DNA from: Halarcobacter sp.
GTDB lineage: Bacteria; Campylobacterota; Campylobacteria; Campylobacterales; Arcobacteraceae
DNA: 64,000 nucleotides
NCBI GenBank assembly: GCA_963676565.1
Contig: OY781089.1
Span: 1,024,001-1,088,000 of the forward strand
Direction of reading: 5' to 3'
A program made the position numbers and the translations under genes. Of the stretch, positions 29,468 to 40,171 are shown in pieces. Under the pieces are notes generated by a model. It was not told the DNA's origin. It saw only the letters and a list, made by a program, of their open reading frames with translations, and searched no databases. Each line of letters starts with the position of its first letter. Position 1 is the stretch's first letter.

Positions 29468-30096
29468 TGAAAAGTTTAAATATTAATATAAAAGTAGCAG
29501 TATTCTCACTGCTACTTTTTTTATCTACTCAATCTTTCGCAAGCAAATTCGTTTTAAATGATGGTGGTTTAATTGATCCAAGAACTATTACTAAAGTAGA
29601 AGAGATTGGAAATGAAACACAAGCAAAACTTGGTGTAAATATTTACACTTATGTAAAGCAATCATTTGGATTACCAGAAAATACACCAACAAAAGATAAA
29701 ATTAAATATATAAAAGATTATGAGTCTCAAATTATTCCTAGTTTGAAAAGCCCTTATGTTCTACTAACAATGTCAGTGGAAGACACACATGTAAATTTAA
29801 TTGTATCTTCAAACTTAAAAAAAATCGTAGATAAAAATGAGATTTTAAACGACTATGTTGTACCATTGCTTGCTTCAAAAGATAAGAACTCAACTTATGC
29901 AAAAGCAAGTGCTGCTATTTTAAATGGTTATGCTGCTATTGCTGATACTATTGCCGAATCAAGGGGAATAGAACTTGAAAGTAGTATAGGAAGTTCAGGT
30001 AAAGTAGCTGGGACTATTTGGAGAGTGTTTATGTACTCTTTAGTGGTTGTTGGGATTTTATTATATACTTTTGCGGTTTTAAGAAGAAAAAAATAG
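29467..30096 (+). CDS. Exported protein with C-terminal membrane anchor (TPM-domain-like), cbb3 operon
   Basis: Signal peptide, C-terminal TM followed by RRKK. Confidence 0.7.
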   Translation: MKSLNINIKVAVFSLLLFLSTQSFASKFVLNDGGLIDPRTITKVEEIGNETQAKLGVNIYTYVKQSFGLPENTPTKDKIKYIKDYESQIIPSLKSPYVLLTMSVEDTHVNLIVSSNLKKIVDKNEILNDYVVPLLASKDKNSTYAKASAAILNGYAAIADTIAESRGIELESSIGSSGKVAGTIWRVFMYSLVVVGILLYTFAVLRRKK

Positions 30097-30108
30097 GATT
30101 TTAAAACA

Positions 30109-30642
30109 ATGAAAAGAAATTATTGGCCTTTGTTTTTTATAGGTATATTTTCTTTTGTATTTGCAATGATTGTATGGACAATTATGTCAGCATCTAAAGT
30201 TCCAGTGAATAAAGATGAAACATTTTTAACTTCATATCAAGATGTTGATAACAATTACAATAAAATAGTACATTCAAATGAAAACTTTGAAAAAAAATAC
30301 GACTTTAAATTAAATGTTAATGGAAAGCAGTTTGGCTTAGTTTACAAAGATATGTTCTTGGCTCAGAGAGTTATAGAAAAAGTATCAAAACATAAAGATA
30401 TTTTTAACTTTGGATCAAATGAAATTAAAGTGACTGTTTTGGATAAAAAAACAGGAAAAACAATTGAAGATTTTGATGTTCGATTAAGAATATCAAGACC
30501 AACAAACCATGATGCAACTATGGATTTTAATGAAAAAGAATTTAAAGTTGATCTACCACTAAAAGGAAATTGGAATATCACAGGACAAGTAAAAGTTGCT
30601 GATGATATTGGATATTTTTATATAAAATCTAATGCAAGATAA
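30109..30642 (+). CDS. FixH/CcoH-like cbb3 assembly protein
   Basis: N-terminal YWP + TM, YQDVDNNYN, RPT, GNW pattern; operon position. Confidence 0.8.
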   Translation: MKRNYWPLFFIGIFSFVFAMIVWTIMSASKVPVNKDETFLTSYQDVDNNYNKIVHSNENFEKKYDFKLNVNGKQFGLVYKDMFLAQRVIEKVSKHKDIFNFGSNEIKVTVLDKKTGKTIEDFDVRLRISRPTNHDATMDFNEKEFKVDLPLKGNWNITGQVKVADDIGYFYIKSNAR

Positions 30643-32995
30643 CTTACACTTAAAGAATCAAAAACTTTTAGTATATCCAACTTCAAGAGCAATTAGAGAG
30701 TATGTAAACTCACAAAAAGAGTTTGATACTCTGTTGCCTTCAATCATAACTATAGATGAACTTTTTAAAAAATCTTTATTTTTTGATAATTTAAAATTAA
30801 TAGATGAAGAGGAAAGATTTCTTTTTTTAAAAAAAGCTGTTCAAAATATAGATTTAAATCAAATTGGTATCTCTAGTACCTTTACCCATTTTATAAAACA
30901 AAGTGATTATATATATAGATTTTTTTTAGAATTAGCAAGTGAGGGTGTTGATATTGATACAATCTCAACTTCCGATACCTATGGCTTTTATTCTGAACAT
31001 TTACAATTACTAAAACAAATACAAAAAAACTATTTAAATATATTGGAAGAAAATAGGGCTATTGATAGATTAAATATTTCAAAATTCTATAACATAAATG
31101 AAGATTTTTTAGATAGATATCAATCAATAGATTTAGTTTTTGAAGGGTATTTTACATCTTTTGAGTTTGAGCTTATAAAAAGTATTTCTAAAAAAGTAAA
31201 TCTTAATATTGAATTTATTTATAATAAATTTAACAAAAAATCAATTGAGAAATTTATTAATTATGGTTTTGATTTGGAACTTAATCACAAATATAAAATC
31301 GATTTTTCAAATAATAAAATTTTAGAAAAAACCAAACTTCTATCAAAATATGAAAGTCTTGAGATAAAAGGTTTTGCTTCAAGAATTAATCAAATTGCAT
31401 TTATAAAAAAGTCAATTGTCACTTTAGTTCAAAAAGGAATTGAGCCATCAAAAATAGCTTTAATACTTCCCGATGAATCATTCGCATCTACCATATCACT
31501 TTTTGATAAAGAAAACTATTTTAACTATGCTATGGGTTTAAATATATATACTACAAATTTATATAAAACAATAGATGCAATTAATTTATATATAAATGAA
31601 GATGAGATAAAGAATATAAAAAATCTTGAGTTTTTAGGTTTAGATATAAATGAAATAGATAAGCTATTTAAAAATAATTGGAACAAAAATCTTACAATAG
31701 AAATATTTGAGAATATTGTTGGATTTTTCATTTCAAAGGAAACAAATAAAGAACTATTAGAAAAGTTCAATGAATCAATTTATAAATTATATAAACTCTT
31801 TTTTACAATAAATGAAAAAATCCTATTAAAAGAAGCATATAAAATATTTAGTCAAAAAATAAGTGAAATTTCTCTTGATGATATAAACTCTGGAAAAATT
31901 ACAGTTATGGGATTACTTGAAAGTAGAAATATAAAATTTGATGCAGTTATAATTTGTGATTTTAATGAAAGTTTAATACCAAAAAGAAGTGTAAAGGATA
32001 AGTTTTTATCCTCTTCAATAAAAGAAAAATCAAATCTACCAACACCCCTTGATAGAGAAAATTTACAAAAATACTATTATGAAAGACTTATCTCAAACTC
32101 AAAAAATGTGATTATCTCTTATATTAAAAATGATAGTGAACAAATAACAAGATTTGCAGATATTTTATTTGATATAAAAATTGATGAAAAGCTTTATGAT
32201 AATGAGTATAAACATATATTGTTTAAAAACCATTCGTTAAAACATTTTGATAAAGAAGTTGTGTTAAATATTGATTTATCAAAACAAACTTGGAGTGCGA
32301 GTTCTTTAAAAGAGTTCTTAGAGTGTAAAAGAAAATATTATCTAAACCATATACTTAAAATAAAAGAGCATGAGATAAGCTTAAAGCCAAAAGGGTATGA
32401 ATTAGGTAATATCATCCATGAAACATTAGAAGAGTATTATAAACAAGATAAGAGGGCTTTAAAAGAGCTATTAAAAATATTTGATACAAAAAGAAGCTCA
32501 AATCTATTTTTAAATTTAGATTTGGAGCTTTGGAGAAAAAAACTTGTAGAGTTTATATCCTTAGAAGAGGATAGATTTAAAGATAATTTATCAGTTGTAG
32601 AACTTGAAAAACCTTTTTTATGTGAATTTGAAGGTATAAAAATTAGAGGTGTAATTGATAGAATTGATAAAAAAGCTGATAATTATCTTGTAATAGATTA
32701 TAAAACAAGTTCTTCATTGAAAATTAATACAAAATCAAATTTTGATAAAGCTACTGATTTTCAGTTGGAGTTTTATTATTTAGCAGTGAAGGAGCTTTTT
32801 AAAGCTTCAAATATCAAAAGCTATTATTATGATTTATATAATATGAAACTTTTAGAAGAAACAATGCTTTTTGAAAAACTTGATGTTTTAAAAGAGATAT
32901 TTAAAGAGTTTAAAACTATAAGTGTAAGTTTTGACAAGTGTGATAATAACCAAACTTGTCAATATTGTACTTATAAAACTATTTGTAATAGATAA
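30632..32995 (+). CDS. addB: AddB-like PD-(D/E)xK nuclease subunit
   Basis: VMGLLESR, SASSLKEFLEC, GVIDRID..VIDYKT, QLEFY, C-terminal CQYCTYKTIC Fe-S staple. Confidence 0.8.
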   Translation: MQDNLHLKNQKLLVYPTSRAIREYVNSQKEFDTLLPSIITIDELFKKSLFFDNLKLIDEEERFLFLKKAVQNIDLNQIGISSTFTHFIKQSDYIYRFFLELASEGVDIDTISTSDTYGFYSEHLQLLKQIQKNYLNILEENRAIDRLNISKFYNINEDFLDRYQSIDLVFEGYFTSFEFELIKSISKKVNLNIEFIYNKFNKKSIEKFINYGFDLELNHKYKIDFSNNKILEKTKLLSKYESLEIKGFASRINQIAFIKKSIVTLVQKGIEPSKIALILPDESFASTISLFDKENYFNYAMGLNIYTTNLYKTIDAINLYINEDEIKNIKNLEFLGLDINEIDKLFKNNWNKNLTIEIFENIVGFFISKETNKELLEKFNESIYKLYKLFFTINEKILLKEAYKIFSQKISEISLDDINSGKITVMGLLESRNIKFDAVIICDFNESLIPKRSVKDKFLSSSIKEKSNLPTPLDRENLQKYYYERLISNSKNVIISYIKNDSEQITRFADILFDIKIDEKLYDNEYKHILFKNHSLKHFDKEVVLNIDLSKQTWSASSLKEFLECKRKYYLNHILKIKEHEISLKPKGYELGNIIHETLEEYYKQDKRALKELLKIFDTKRSSNLFLNLDLELWRKKLVEFISLEEDRFKDNLSVVELEKPFLCEFEGIKIRGVIDRIDKKADNYLVIDYKTSSSLKINTKSNFDKATDFQLEFYYLAVKELFKASNIKSYYYDLYNMKLLEETMLFEKLDVLKEIFKEFKTISVSFDKCDNNQTCQYCTYKTICNR

Positions 32996-34093
32996 TTAGT
33001 TTGAAGATTGTGCTATAAGTACATCTTCAATAATTTTTGTGATATCCCCATCTAAAATTGCATCTACATTTGAATATCCAATATTACTTCTTGTATCTTT
33101 TACTTGTTGATATGGTTGAAGCACATAAGATCTAATTTGATGACCCCATCCAATTTCACTTTTTTCTACGCCATCTTTATCTGCTTTTTGTTTTTCAAGT
33201 TCTAGTTCATAAAGTCTACTTTTAAGCATCTTCATAGCACTTGCTTTATTTTTATGTTGAGACCTATCATTTTGACACTGAACTACAATACCAGTTTTTA
33301 TATGTGTAATTCTAATAGCAGATTCTGTTTTATTTACGTGTTGTCCACCAGCACCACTTGCTCTATATGTATCTATTCTAATATCTTTATCTTCAATTTC
33401 AATATCGATATTATCATCAATCTCAGGAGATACCATAACAGATGCAAAAGAGGTATGTCTTTTTGCATTTGAATCAAAAGGAGATATACGAACAAGTCTA
33501 TGAATACCATTTTCAGCTTTTAAATAACCATAGGCATTTTCACCTTTTATGATAAATGATACATCTTTTATACCAGCTTCTTCACCATCTTGATAATCAA
33601 GTAGTTCAATTTTAAAATCTCTTCTTTCTGCCCATCTTAGGTACATTCGGTATAATATTGATGCCCAATCTTGGGATTCAGTACCACCTGCTCCTGGATG
33701 AATAGAAACAATAGCATTTAAAGCATCATCAGGTGAACTTAACATAACAGAAATTTCAGTTGATTTAATTAATTCTTCTAAATCACTTGCTTCCTCAAAA
33801 AGAAGTTCAAAAGTATCTTCATCTTTTTCTTCTTGGGCTAATTCATATAATTCATTTGTCCCACTTAAAGCTTCATTTGCTTTATTAAACTTACTAAGCT
33901 TACTTAATATTCTATTTTTTTCTATACCAATTTTTGTAGCAGTATCAACATCACTCCAAAAATCTTGTGAAGATTCTAACTCTTCTATCTCTTTTAATCT
34001 TTTATTTAACTCTTCAGGCTTTAAAATATTTTGTATATTTTCAAGTTTAGTATTTAGAAGTTTTAAAATCTGTGAATATTCATAAGCATCCAT
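32996..34093 (-). CDS. prfB: Peptide chain release factor 2 (continuous ORF)
   Basis: SPF anticodon mimic, [16 protein letters not shown]. Confidence 0.97.
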   Translation of the reverse strand: MDAYEYSQILKLLNTKLENIQNILKPEELNKRLKEIEELESSQDFWSDVDTATKIGIEKNRILSKLSKFNKANEALSGTNELYELAQEEKDEDTFELLFEEASDLEELIKSTEISVMLSSPDDALNAIVSIHPGAGGTESQDWASILYRMYLRWAERRDFKIELLDYQDGEEAGIKDVSFIIKGENAYGYLKAENGIHRLVRISPFDSNAKRHTSFASVMVSPEIDDNIDIEIEDKDIRIDTYRASGAGGQHVNKTESAIRITHIKTGIVVQCQNDRSQHKNKASAMKMLKSRLYELELEKQKADKDGVEKSEIGWGHQIRSYVLQPYQQVKDTRSNIGYSNVDAILDGDITKIIEDVLIAQSSN

Positions 34094-34743
34094 TAATTAG
34101 AAGATTCCTCTTCTTTCTTTTCTTCCTTTTTAGGTTTCAAAGATTGGATATATGAGTATACTTCTTTAACTTTTGGTCCCGTCAAAAATGCAGCATATGG
34201 CTTCATAACATGGGCATTACCTCTATCATAATTATCATACATATAGTCATTTATAGATTGATCCATATCATCAAGAGTGAGTTCAACTAAAGGTCTTGAT
34301 GTACCATAAGCTTTTTTTTCAGCTTTTTCTCCATGGCAAGATTGACATTTATCTATATATATTTTTTTACCACTTTTTGACATCATTAGTTTAAACTGAG
34401 TTATTTTTGCTTGTTTCTCTTCTTTTTCTCTTTTTTCAAGTCTTTGCATAATTCTTTGCTCCAGTTTCTCCTCATCTAATTTTGATAAAGTTTGAACCTC
34501 TTTTTTTAGAATATAGATATAGTTTTTACCATTTGCAGATGGTTCAATTTTGATATCATCAATACTCCATCCATCTTTTTTCATATCAGCTAATGATTTT
34601 GTTGAAGAGCATAAGCCACCATCTAAAGGTGTTGATTCAATTGTTGCCATAGAGCTATGGTTTTCTTTAAAACACATTGTTGTTTGAGCTAGTAAAGCTG
34701 TGGAAGATAGTAAGCCAAAAGCTAAAAAAGTTTTGATATTCAT
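34093..34743 (-). CDS. Periplasmic c-type cytochrome with extra N-terminal domain
   Basis: Signal peptide, CQSCH, distal MKPY; stop overlaps prfB start. Confidence 0.85.
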   Translation of the reverse strand: MNIKTFLAFGLLSSTALLAQTTMCFKENHSSMATIESTPLDGGLCSSTKSLADMKKDGWSIDDIKIEPSANGKNYIYILKKEVQTLSKLDEEKLEQRIMQRLEKREKEEKQAKITQFKLMMSKSGKKIYIDKCQSCHGEKAEKKAYGTSRPLVELTLDDMDQSINDYMYDNYDRGNAHVMKPYAAFLTGPKVKEVYSYIQSLKPKKEEKKEEESSN

Positions 34744-34837
34744 CTATTTTTATCCTTTTATTATTTAAAAGAATATTTTATCATAAAAAATCTTTTTTAT
34801 ACTTTTTAAGCCTAATATTGTAGTTTTTTCAGATATA

Positions 34838-34871
34838 AAAAAAGGGTTAGAGGAAAACCTCTAACCCTTTT
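34838..34871 (-). terminator. Intrinsic terminator of porin gene
   Basis: AAAAGGGTTAGAGG-aaaa-CCTCTAACCCTTTT perfect stem. Confidence 0.9.
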
Positions 34872-34904
34872 GAGTTTAGCATAAGCTTTTATACAAATCT
34901 AGAA

Positions 34905-35987
34905 TTAGAAAGTATATTTAACTTCAACTCTACCTCTATCATTTTCAACACCATTAAGTTCATATTGAGAGTATCTGATATAAGTATTTAAGTTTTTAGA
35001 CATTTTGTAAGAAACTTGACCTAAAGTTTCAGTTACATCAACGTCAGCAGCAGTTGCTTCACCATCACCATAAGCAGCTCTTACAGAAACAGAATCAGTT
35101 ACAGCAACAGATACATCTAATGCCCATGCATTTAATTCAGCTACACCAGCTGAACCCATTTGCCATAATAAAAACTCAGAAGCAGTTTCAACACCTTCAT
35201 CAAGTGAACCAGAACCATTGTCTCCAGTTTGTACGTAAGCTAAAGAAGCAGATACGATATCCATTTTACCAGCTACATAAGCTTTAAATGTTGATCTTTC
35301 ATCATCAGTAAGCGCACTGTATGATGGATGCTCATCATCTAATTCTTTTGCAGTATATTCTAAACCAGTAGTAATTGGTCCAAATGTTGCATCAGCTTTT
35401 AAGTTATATCCAGCAACTACATCTTCAGCTACAGCATATTGAGCTAATAAAGAAACAGGTCCAACAGAACCCATTGCAATTACAGAATGAACTGAAGCAT
35501 CAACTAAATTATTAGTAACTTCAGTGTTATAGAAAGAAGCTGCACCAATAGTAAATGCACCTGCATTATATAAACCAACAATACCTTGACCAATTAAACC
35601 ATCAGTCATTCTTCCTGGAATCTCTTGAGAACCTAAGTGTACAGTAACAGGACCGTTAATGTATTGGAAATAGTATTGATCTAATCCAAATGCAGAAGAT
35701 CCACCTAAAGTAACATTTGCATCACCTTGGTCATCATTGTCAATGTTTAAGTTAGCAATAAAGTTAACGTTATCATTAACTGGAACTTTTACCATAATAT
35801 CAATATTTACATCTTGATCTTCTTGGTCTGTACCAATAGCAGTTGCATTGTCTTCCATTCTGTATCTAACTTGACCAGAAATATCTACACCTTTAATTGC
35901 TTGCTCTAAATCAACAGCAGATGCACTTGAAGTTAAACCACCAACTGCGATTGCAGCTGCTAAACTCATTTTTGCGAATTTTTTCAT
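34905..35987 (-). CDS. Major outer membrane protein (Campylobacter MOMP/PorA-type porin)
   Basis: MKKFAKMSLAAA signal, LEQAIKGVDISGQVRYR, C-terminal RVEVKYTF. Confidence 0.9.
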   Translation of the reverse strand: MKKFAKMSLAAAIAVGGLTSSASAVDLEQAIKGVDISGQVRYRMEDNATAIGTDQEDQDVNIDIMVKVPVNDNVNFIANLNIDNDDQGDANVTLGGSSAFGLDQYYFQYINGPVTVHLGSQEIPGRMTDGLIGQGIVGLYNAGAFTIGAASFYNTEVTNNLVDASVHSVIAMGSVGPVSLLAQYAVAEDVVAGYNLKADATFGPITTGLEYTAKELDDEHPSYSALTDDERSTFKAYVAGKMDIVSASLAYVQTGDNGSGSLDEGVETASEFLLWQMGSAGVAELNAWALDVSVAVTDSVSVRAAYGDGEATAADVDVTETLGQVSYKMSKNLNTYIRYSQYELNGVENDRGRVEVKYTF

Positions 35988-36086
35988 TTGTTCTCCTAAA
36001 TTTTCGAAAATTAATCAGTTAACCGGATGCGCGAACAACTTAGAAAGTAGAATTATCTAAGTACTATTCCGGATGACCGTTGCAAA

Positions 36087-36120
36087 ATTTTACAGAAGTT
36101 AATTTTAAAGTATTCTTAAA
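36087..36120 (-). promoter_or_regulatory. Sigma70-type promoter of porin gene
   Basis: TAAAAT -10 (36092-36087) with upstream TTTAAG AT-rich element typical of Campylobacterota. Confidence 0.55.
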
Positions 36121-36285
36121 GTAGTTTAAAAGTTACGAAATGGTGGCATATTTAAGGTTTTTTTTATGTATAGATTTTTGTTATATTAGAGTCACTTTTA
36201 GTAAGTTTTACAAAAATGTATACAAACTGTTAAAGTATAATATAAATAATTACGTATAAAACTTGGTTTAATCTCTTTATATAAG

Positions 36286-36600
36286 TTAATTTTCAAGTGA
36301 TACTATACAATTAGACATAATATCTGGTTTTGAGATTTTTATTTTTAAATTTTTTATTTTGTAAGAGTTAGTAAGATGTTTTTCAATATAAAGTATTGCT
36401 TCTTCTAATAGTTCAAATTTTTTTTCACTCATAATAGTTTCAATATCATTTGAAACTTTTGAATAATCTATAAACTTATCTTTATTTGAAAATTCATATT
36501 CAAAAGATAAGTTTATAATTACTTTTTGAGCAGTTACTCTTTCAAAGTCAAGTATTCCAATAATACAATCAAATGTTAAGTTTTCTATATAAACTTTCAT
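36286..36600 (-). CDS. folB: Dihydroneopterin aldolase
   Basis: IIGILDFER..Q, IDYS, FELLE, KISKP. Confidence 0.88.
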   Translation of the reverse strand: MKVYIENLTFDCIIGILDFERVTAQKVIINLSFEYEFSNKDKFIDYSKVSNDIETIMSEKKFELLEEAILYIEKHLTNSYKIKNLKIKISKPDIMSNCIVSLEN

Positions 36601-36605
36601 AGCAA

Positions 36606-37229
36606 TTAGATAACTTTACCTTCTTCACCCTTGATTAGTCTTACTATATTTGGAATATGTTTATAATAGATAATAAATGCAATGATATACATAGGAGCAT
36701 TTGAACCTACATTTAATCCATTGTTAAATAAAATTGCTGATATAACAACTGCTGTTAATCCTAATAAAGAAGATAGTGAAGAGATTTTTAAAACCTTTCC
36801 ACAAAATACCCAAACAATAGCACCAATTATAGTTGGAATAGGAATTAAAACTATAAATGCCCCAAGTCCAGTTGCAACACCTTTACCACCTTCAAGTCCT
36901 AAAAATATAGAATAACAGTGACCAAGAACTGCTAAAACACCAATGGCCCAAAGTGTTGCTTCACTTGCACCTAAACCCATTGCTATTAAAATTACAATTG
37001 TTCCTTTTAAAGCATCAAGTATAACTGTAGCAATACCAAGTTTTTTTGCTAGGCTTGGATTTGTTTCCTTTACAACTCTTAAAACATTTGTTGCTCCAAT
37101 ACTTTTACTACCTGCCTCTTTTATATTAACTCCAGCAAAAACCTTTGCTAATATTAAACCAAAAGGGATTGAACCAGCTAAATAAGCAACTATGTAAAAA
37201 AGTACGTTGAAATTGAAAAGAAAATCCAT
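36606..37229 (-). CDS. plsY: Glycerol-3-phosphate acyltransferase
   Basis: YLAGSIPFG, GSKSIGATNVLR, GGKGVAT, HIPNIVRL. Confidence 0.96.
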   Translation of the reverse strand: MDFLFNFNVLFYIVAYLAGSIPFGLILAKVFAGVNIKEAGSKSIGATNVLRVVKETNPSLAKKLGIATVILDALKGTIVILIAMGLGASEATLWAIGVLAVLGHCYSIFLGLEGGKGVATGLGAFIVLIPIPTIIGAIVWVFCGKVLKISSLSSLLGLTAVVISAILFNNGLNVGSNAPMYIIAFIIYYKHIPNIVRLIKGEEGKVI

Positions 37230-37325
37230 TTAAAACCTTGTAATAATTTTATGAAAGAGGATTATAACTAAAATTTTGTTATATTCCCAAATAATTAAAA
37301 ACTTAATGATATTTAAGGCAATAAA

Positions 37326-38327
37326 TTGAATTTACAAATGAATTTAAAAGAAGAAATTTTAAAATTAAAAGATGAACTAGATGTTACATTAGTTGCACAC
37401 TTTTATCAAAGAGACGAGGTTTTTGAATTAGCAGATATCACTGGGGATTCATTAGAACTAGCAAGAAAAGCAAAAGAAACTGCATCTAAGTATGTTGTTT
37501 TTTGTGGTGTTGGATTTATGGGAGAGAGCGTAAAAGTTCTAAGCCCAGAAAAAACTGTGCTTATGCCAAAAATTGCATGTTGTGCGATGGCAAGAATGAT
37601 TGATGAGGGTTATTATGAACAAAACCTAAAAGTCATAAATGAAGCTGGAATATCAAATGATGATATTTTACCAATAACTTATATCAACTCTAGCGCAGCT
37701 GTTAAAGCAAAAGTTGGAGAGATGGGTGGTATGGTTTGTACTTCATCAAATGCATATAAAATCATCGAAAAAGGTTTACAATCAGGTAAAAAAATCTTTT
37801 TTGTACCAGATAGATGTTTAGGTCAAAATTTTGCAAAATCTTTAAATCTAAAATCAGCAGTTGTTGGTGATGGAAGCGATTTAAAAGAAGCAGATATTAT
37901 TTGTTATAACGGTTTTTGTTCTGTTCATCAACTATTTACTACTGAAGATGTAGAGTTTTATAGAGAAAAATATCCTGATATTTTAATTGCAGTTCACCCA
38001 GAATGTGATCCAGCTATTTGTGATATGGCAGATTTTGTTGGTTCAACTTCTCAGTTAATAAAGTATATAAAAGAGTTACCTCTTGAGCAAAAAGTTGCTG
38101 TAGGTACTGAATACAATATGGTAAATAGATTAAGAGAAAAAAATACATATATTTTAAGTTCTACAAAACCAGAGTGTCCAACTATGAATGAAACAACTTT
38201 GGAAGATGTATATAAAACATTAAAATCAATTAAAGATAATAATATAAGTGAAGAGACATTAATCAAAGTTGATGAAAATACTATCAAATGGGCAAGAGTT
38301 GCTTTAGAGAGGATGCTTGAAGTATGA
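37326..38327 (+). CDS. nadA: Quinolinate synthase (start may be ATG 37338)
   Basis: AHFYQ, GDSL, CGVGFM, YINSSA, CSVH, HPEC, CPTM. Confidence 0.96.
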   Translation: MNLQMNLKEEILKLKDELDVTLVAHFYQRDEVFELADITGDSLELARKAKETASKYVVFCGVGFMGESVKVLSPEKTVLMPKIACCAMARMIDEGYYEQNLKVINEAGISNDDILPITYINSSAAVKAKVGEMGGMVCTSSNAYKIIEKGLQSGKKIFFVPDRCLGQNFAKSLNLKSAVVGDGSDLKEADIICYNGFCSVHQLFTTEDVEFYREKYPDILIAVHPECDPAICDMADFVGSTSQLIKYIKELPLEQKVAVGTEYNMVNRLREKNTYILSSTKPECPTMNETTLEDVYKTLKSIKDNNISEETLIKVDENTIKWARVALERMLEV

Positions 38328-39145
38328 TAAATATTAAGAAGTTTGTTAAAAATGCCATTATTGAAGATAATGGAAGAGGGGACTTATTTTATGATGTTGC
38401 TCCAAAGGGAAGATTTACAGCAAAAGTAATTACAAAAGATGATGGAGTTTTTGCGGGAGAAATTTATGCAAAAGCTTTGGCAAAGACTGAAAAGTTTGAG
38501 TGTAAGTTTTTAAAACACGATGGAGATAAATTAAAAAAAGGTGATGTTATAGCTAAACTTGATGGTAAGGCTTCAATTTTACTTTCAAGTGAAAGAACTT
38601 TTTTAAATATGCTTCAACATGCCAGCGGAATTGCAACTATGGCAAATAGATTTGTTTCACAAATTGAAGGTTTAGAGGTTGCACTTTTAGATACTAGAAA
38701 AACAAGACCCCAGTTAAGGGATTTTGAAAAATATGCAAGTAGAGTAGGTGGGGCTAGAAACCACCGACTTGGTCTTGATGACTGTTTGATGTTAAAAGAT
38801 ACACACCTAAGAACAATCAATGACTTAAAATCTTTTATTAAAGATGCAAGAAAAAGAATCTCTTGGGTTACTAAAATTGAAATAGAGTGTGAAACTTTTG
38901 AACAAGTAAAAGAATCAATGGATGCAGGTGCTGATATTATTATGTGTGATAATATGGTTCCTGAACAAATCAAAGAAGTTGTTGAATTTAGAAATAAAAA
39001 TTATCCAAATGTATTATTAGAAGCTAGTGGAAATATCTCTTTAAGTACAGTTAGAGATTTTGCTTTAACTGGAGTTGATGCATTGAGCTCTGGAAGTATT
39101 ATTCACCAAGCAACTTGGCTTGATTTTTCTATGAAGTTTGATTAA
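38324..39145 (+). CDS. nadC: Nicotinate-nucleotide diphosphorylase
   Basis: DTRKT, HRLGL, LKDTH, EASGNI. Confidence 0.96.
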   Translation: MINIKKFVKNAIIEDNGRGDLFYDVAPKGRFTAKVITKDDGVFAGEIYAKALAKTEKFECKFLKHDGDKLKKGDVIAKLDGKASILLSSERTFLNMLQHASGIATMANRFVSQIEGLEVALLDTRKTRPQLRDFEKYASRVGGARNHRLGLDDCLMLKDTHLRTINDLKSFIKDARKRISWVTKIEIECETFEQVKESMDAGADIIMCDNMVPEQIKEVVEFRNKNYPNVLLEASGNISLSTVRDFALTGVDALSSGSIIHQATWLDFSMKFD

Positions 39146-39184
39146 TTTACTATTGGTTAATAAAAAAAAGGCATACTTGAACCT

Positions 39185-40171
39185 ATGAAAAAAGACTTTA
39201 TTGTAAATAATAAAATAAATATGAGTGATTTTGCAAAGGCTTTACAGCTTATTGAAAAAAGTAGATATATACTGATAATTACCCATGTTAATCCAGATGC
39301 TGATTCAATCTCTTCAGCTTTAGCATTATCAAATCTACTTTATGAAAATAAAATTAAACATAAGGTTTTTAATGTAAGTTCAGACCTACCTCAAAACTTG
39401 GATTTTATATCGCGATTTGATAAGATAACTGACCAATTGCCAAGTTTTTATGATTTGGTTATTTCTGTTGATTGTGGTTCTGAGAAAAGATTTGGGTTTA
39501 AAGTAGATAAAAATATACCATTGATAAATTTTGATCACCATGCTTCAAATGATAGTTTTGGAGATATAAATTTAGTTGATCCTTTTAAAAGTTCAACTGC
39601 AGAGATTGTGTATGATTTTTTTAAATTCAATGGATTGTATATTACAAAAAATTCTGCAACAGCACTTTACGTTGGTATTTATGATGATTCTTTGGCTTTT
39701 TCATTAGGACGTTGTGATGAACTTACTTTTGATAAAGTTAACCATTTAGTTGAATTTGGAGCAAACCCTTCAGAAATTGCTAACAAACTTAAAAGAAGAG
39801 ATTCTTTAGCAAAATATAGAGTTTTACCAAAAGTTTTAAACTCTTTAGAATTGCATAGAGAAGGTGAGGTTGCAACCATTTATGTAAGGAATGAATGGCT
39901 AGATCAAACCGGAGCTCATACAAGAGATTGTGAAGATGCCTTAGATATGATTATGAGTATGAAAATTGTAAGGGTTACAATTTTTGTTAGAATTGTAAAC
40001 GGTTCAAGTAGAGTATCAATCAGATCAAAGGGTAAAATAAATGTTGCGAAAATAGCTGCTATATTTGGTGGTGGTGGACATATCAATGCGGCAGGTTTTA
40101 CAGTTGATTCATTAGATGTGGATGAAGTTAGAAATTTAGTATTAAAGGAAGTTCTTGAGAAGGCGAAATAG
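39185..40171 (+). CDS. DHH-family phosphoesterase (NrnA-like)
   Basis: HVNPDAD, DHH, GGGGHINAAG. Confidence 0.9.
   Translation: MKKDFIVNNKINMSDFAKALQLIEKSRYILIITHVNPDADSISSALALSNLLYENKIKHKVFNVSSDLPQNLDFISRFDKITDQLPSFYDLVISVDCGSEKRFGFKVDKNIPLINFDHHASNDSFGDINLVDPFKSSTAEIVYDFFKFNGLYITKNSATALYVGIYDDSLAFSLGRCDELTFDKVNHLVEFGANPSEIANKLKRRDSLAKYRVLPKVLNSLELHREGEVATIYVRNEWLDQTGAHTRDCEDALDMIMSMKIVRVTIFVRIVNGSSRVSIRSKGKINVAKIAAIFGGGGHINAAGFTVDSLDVDEVRNLVLKEVLEKAK

Noticed and set aside
30632..32995. PD-(D/E)xK nuclease with Cys cluster as a Cas4 or defence nuclease
   Set aside because: Length, inactive-helicase-like N-terminus and position after the cco cluster fit housekeeping AddB; no cas genes or array nearby
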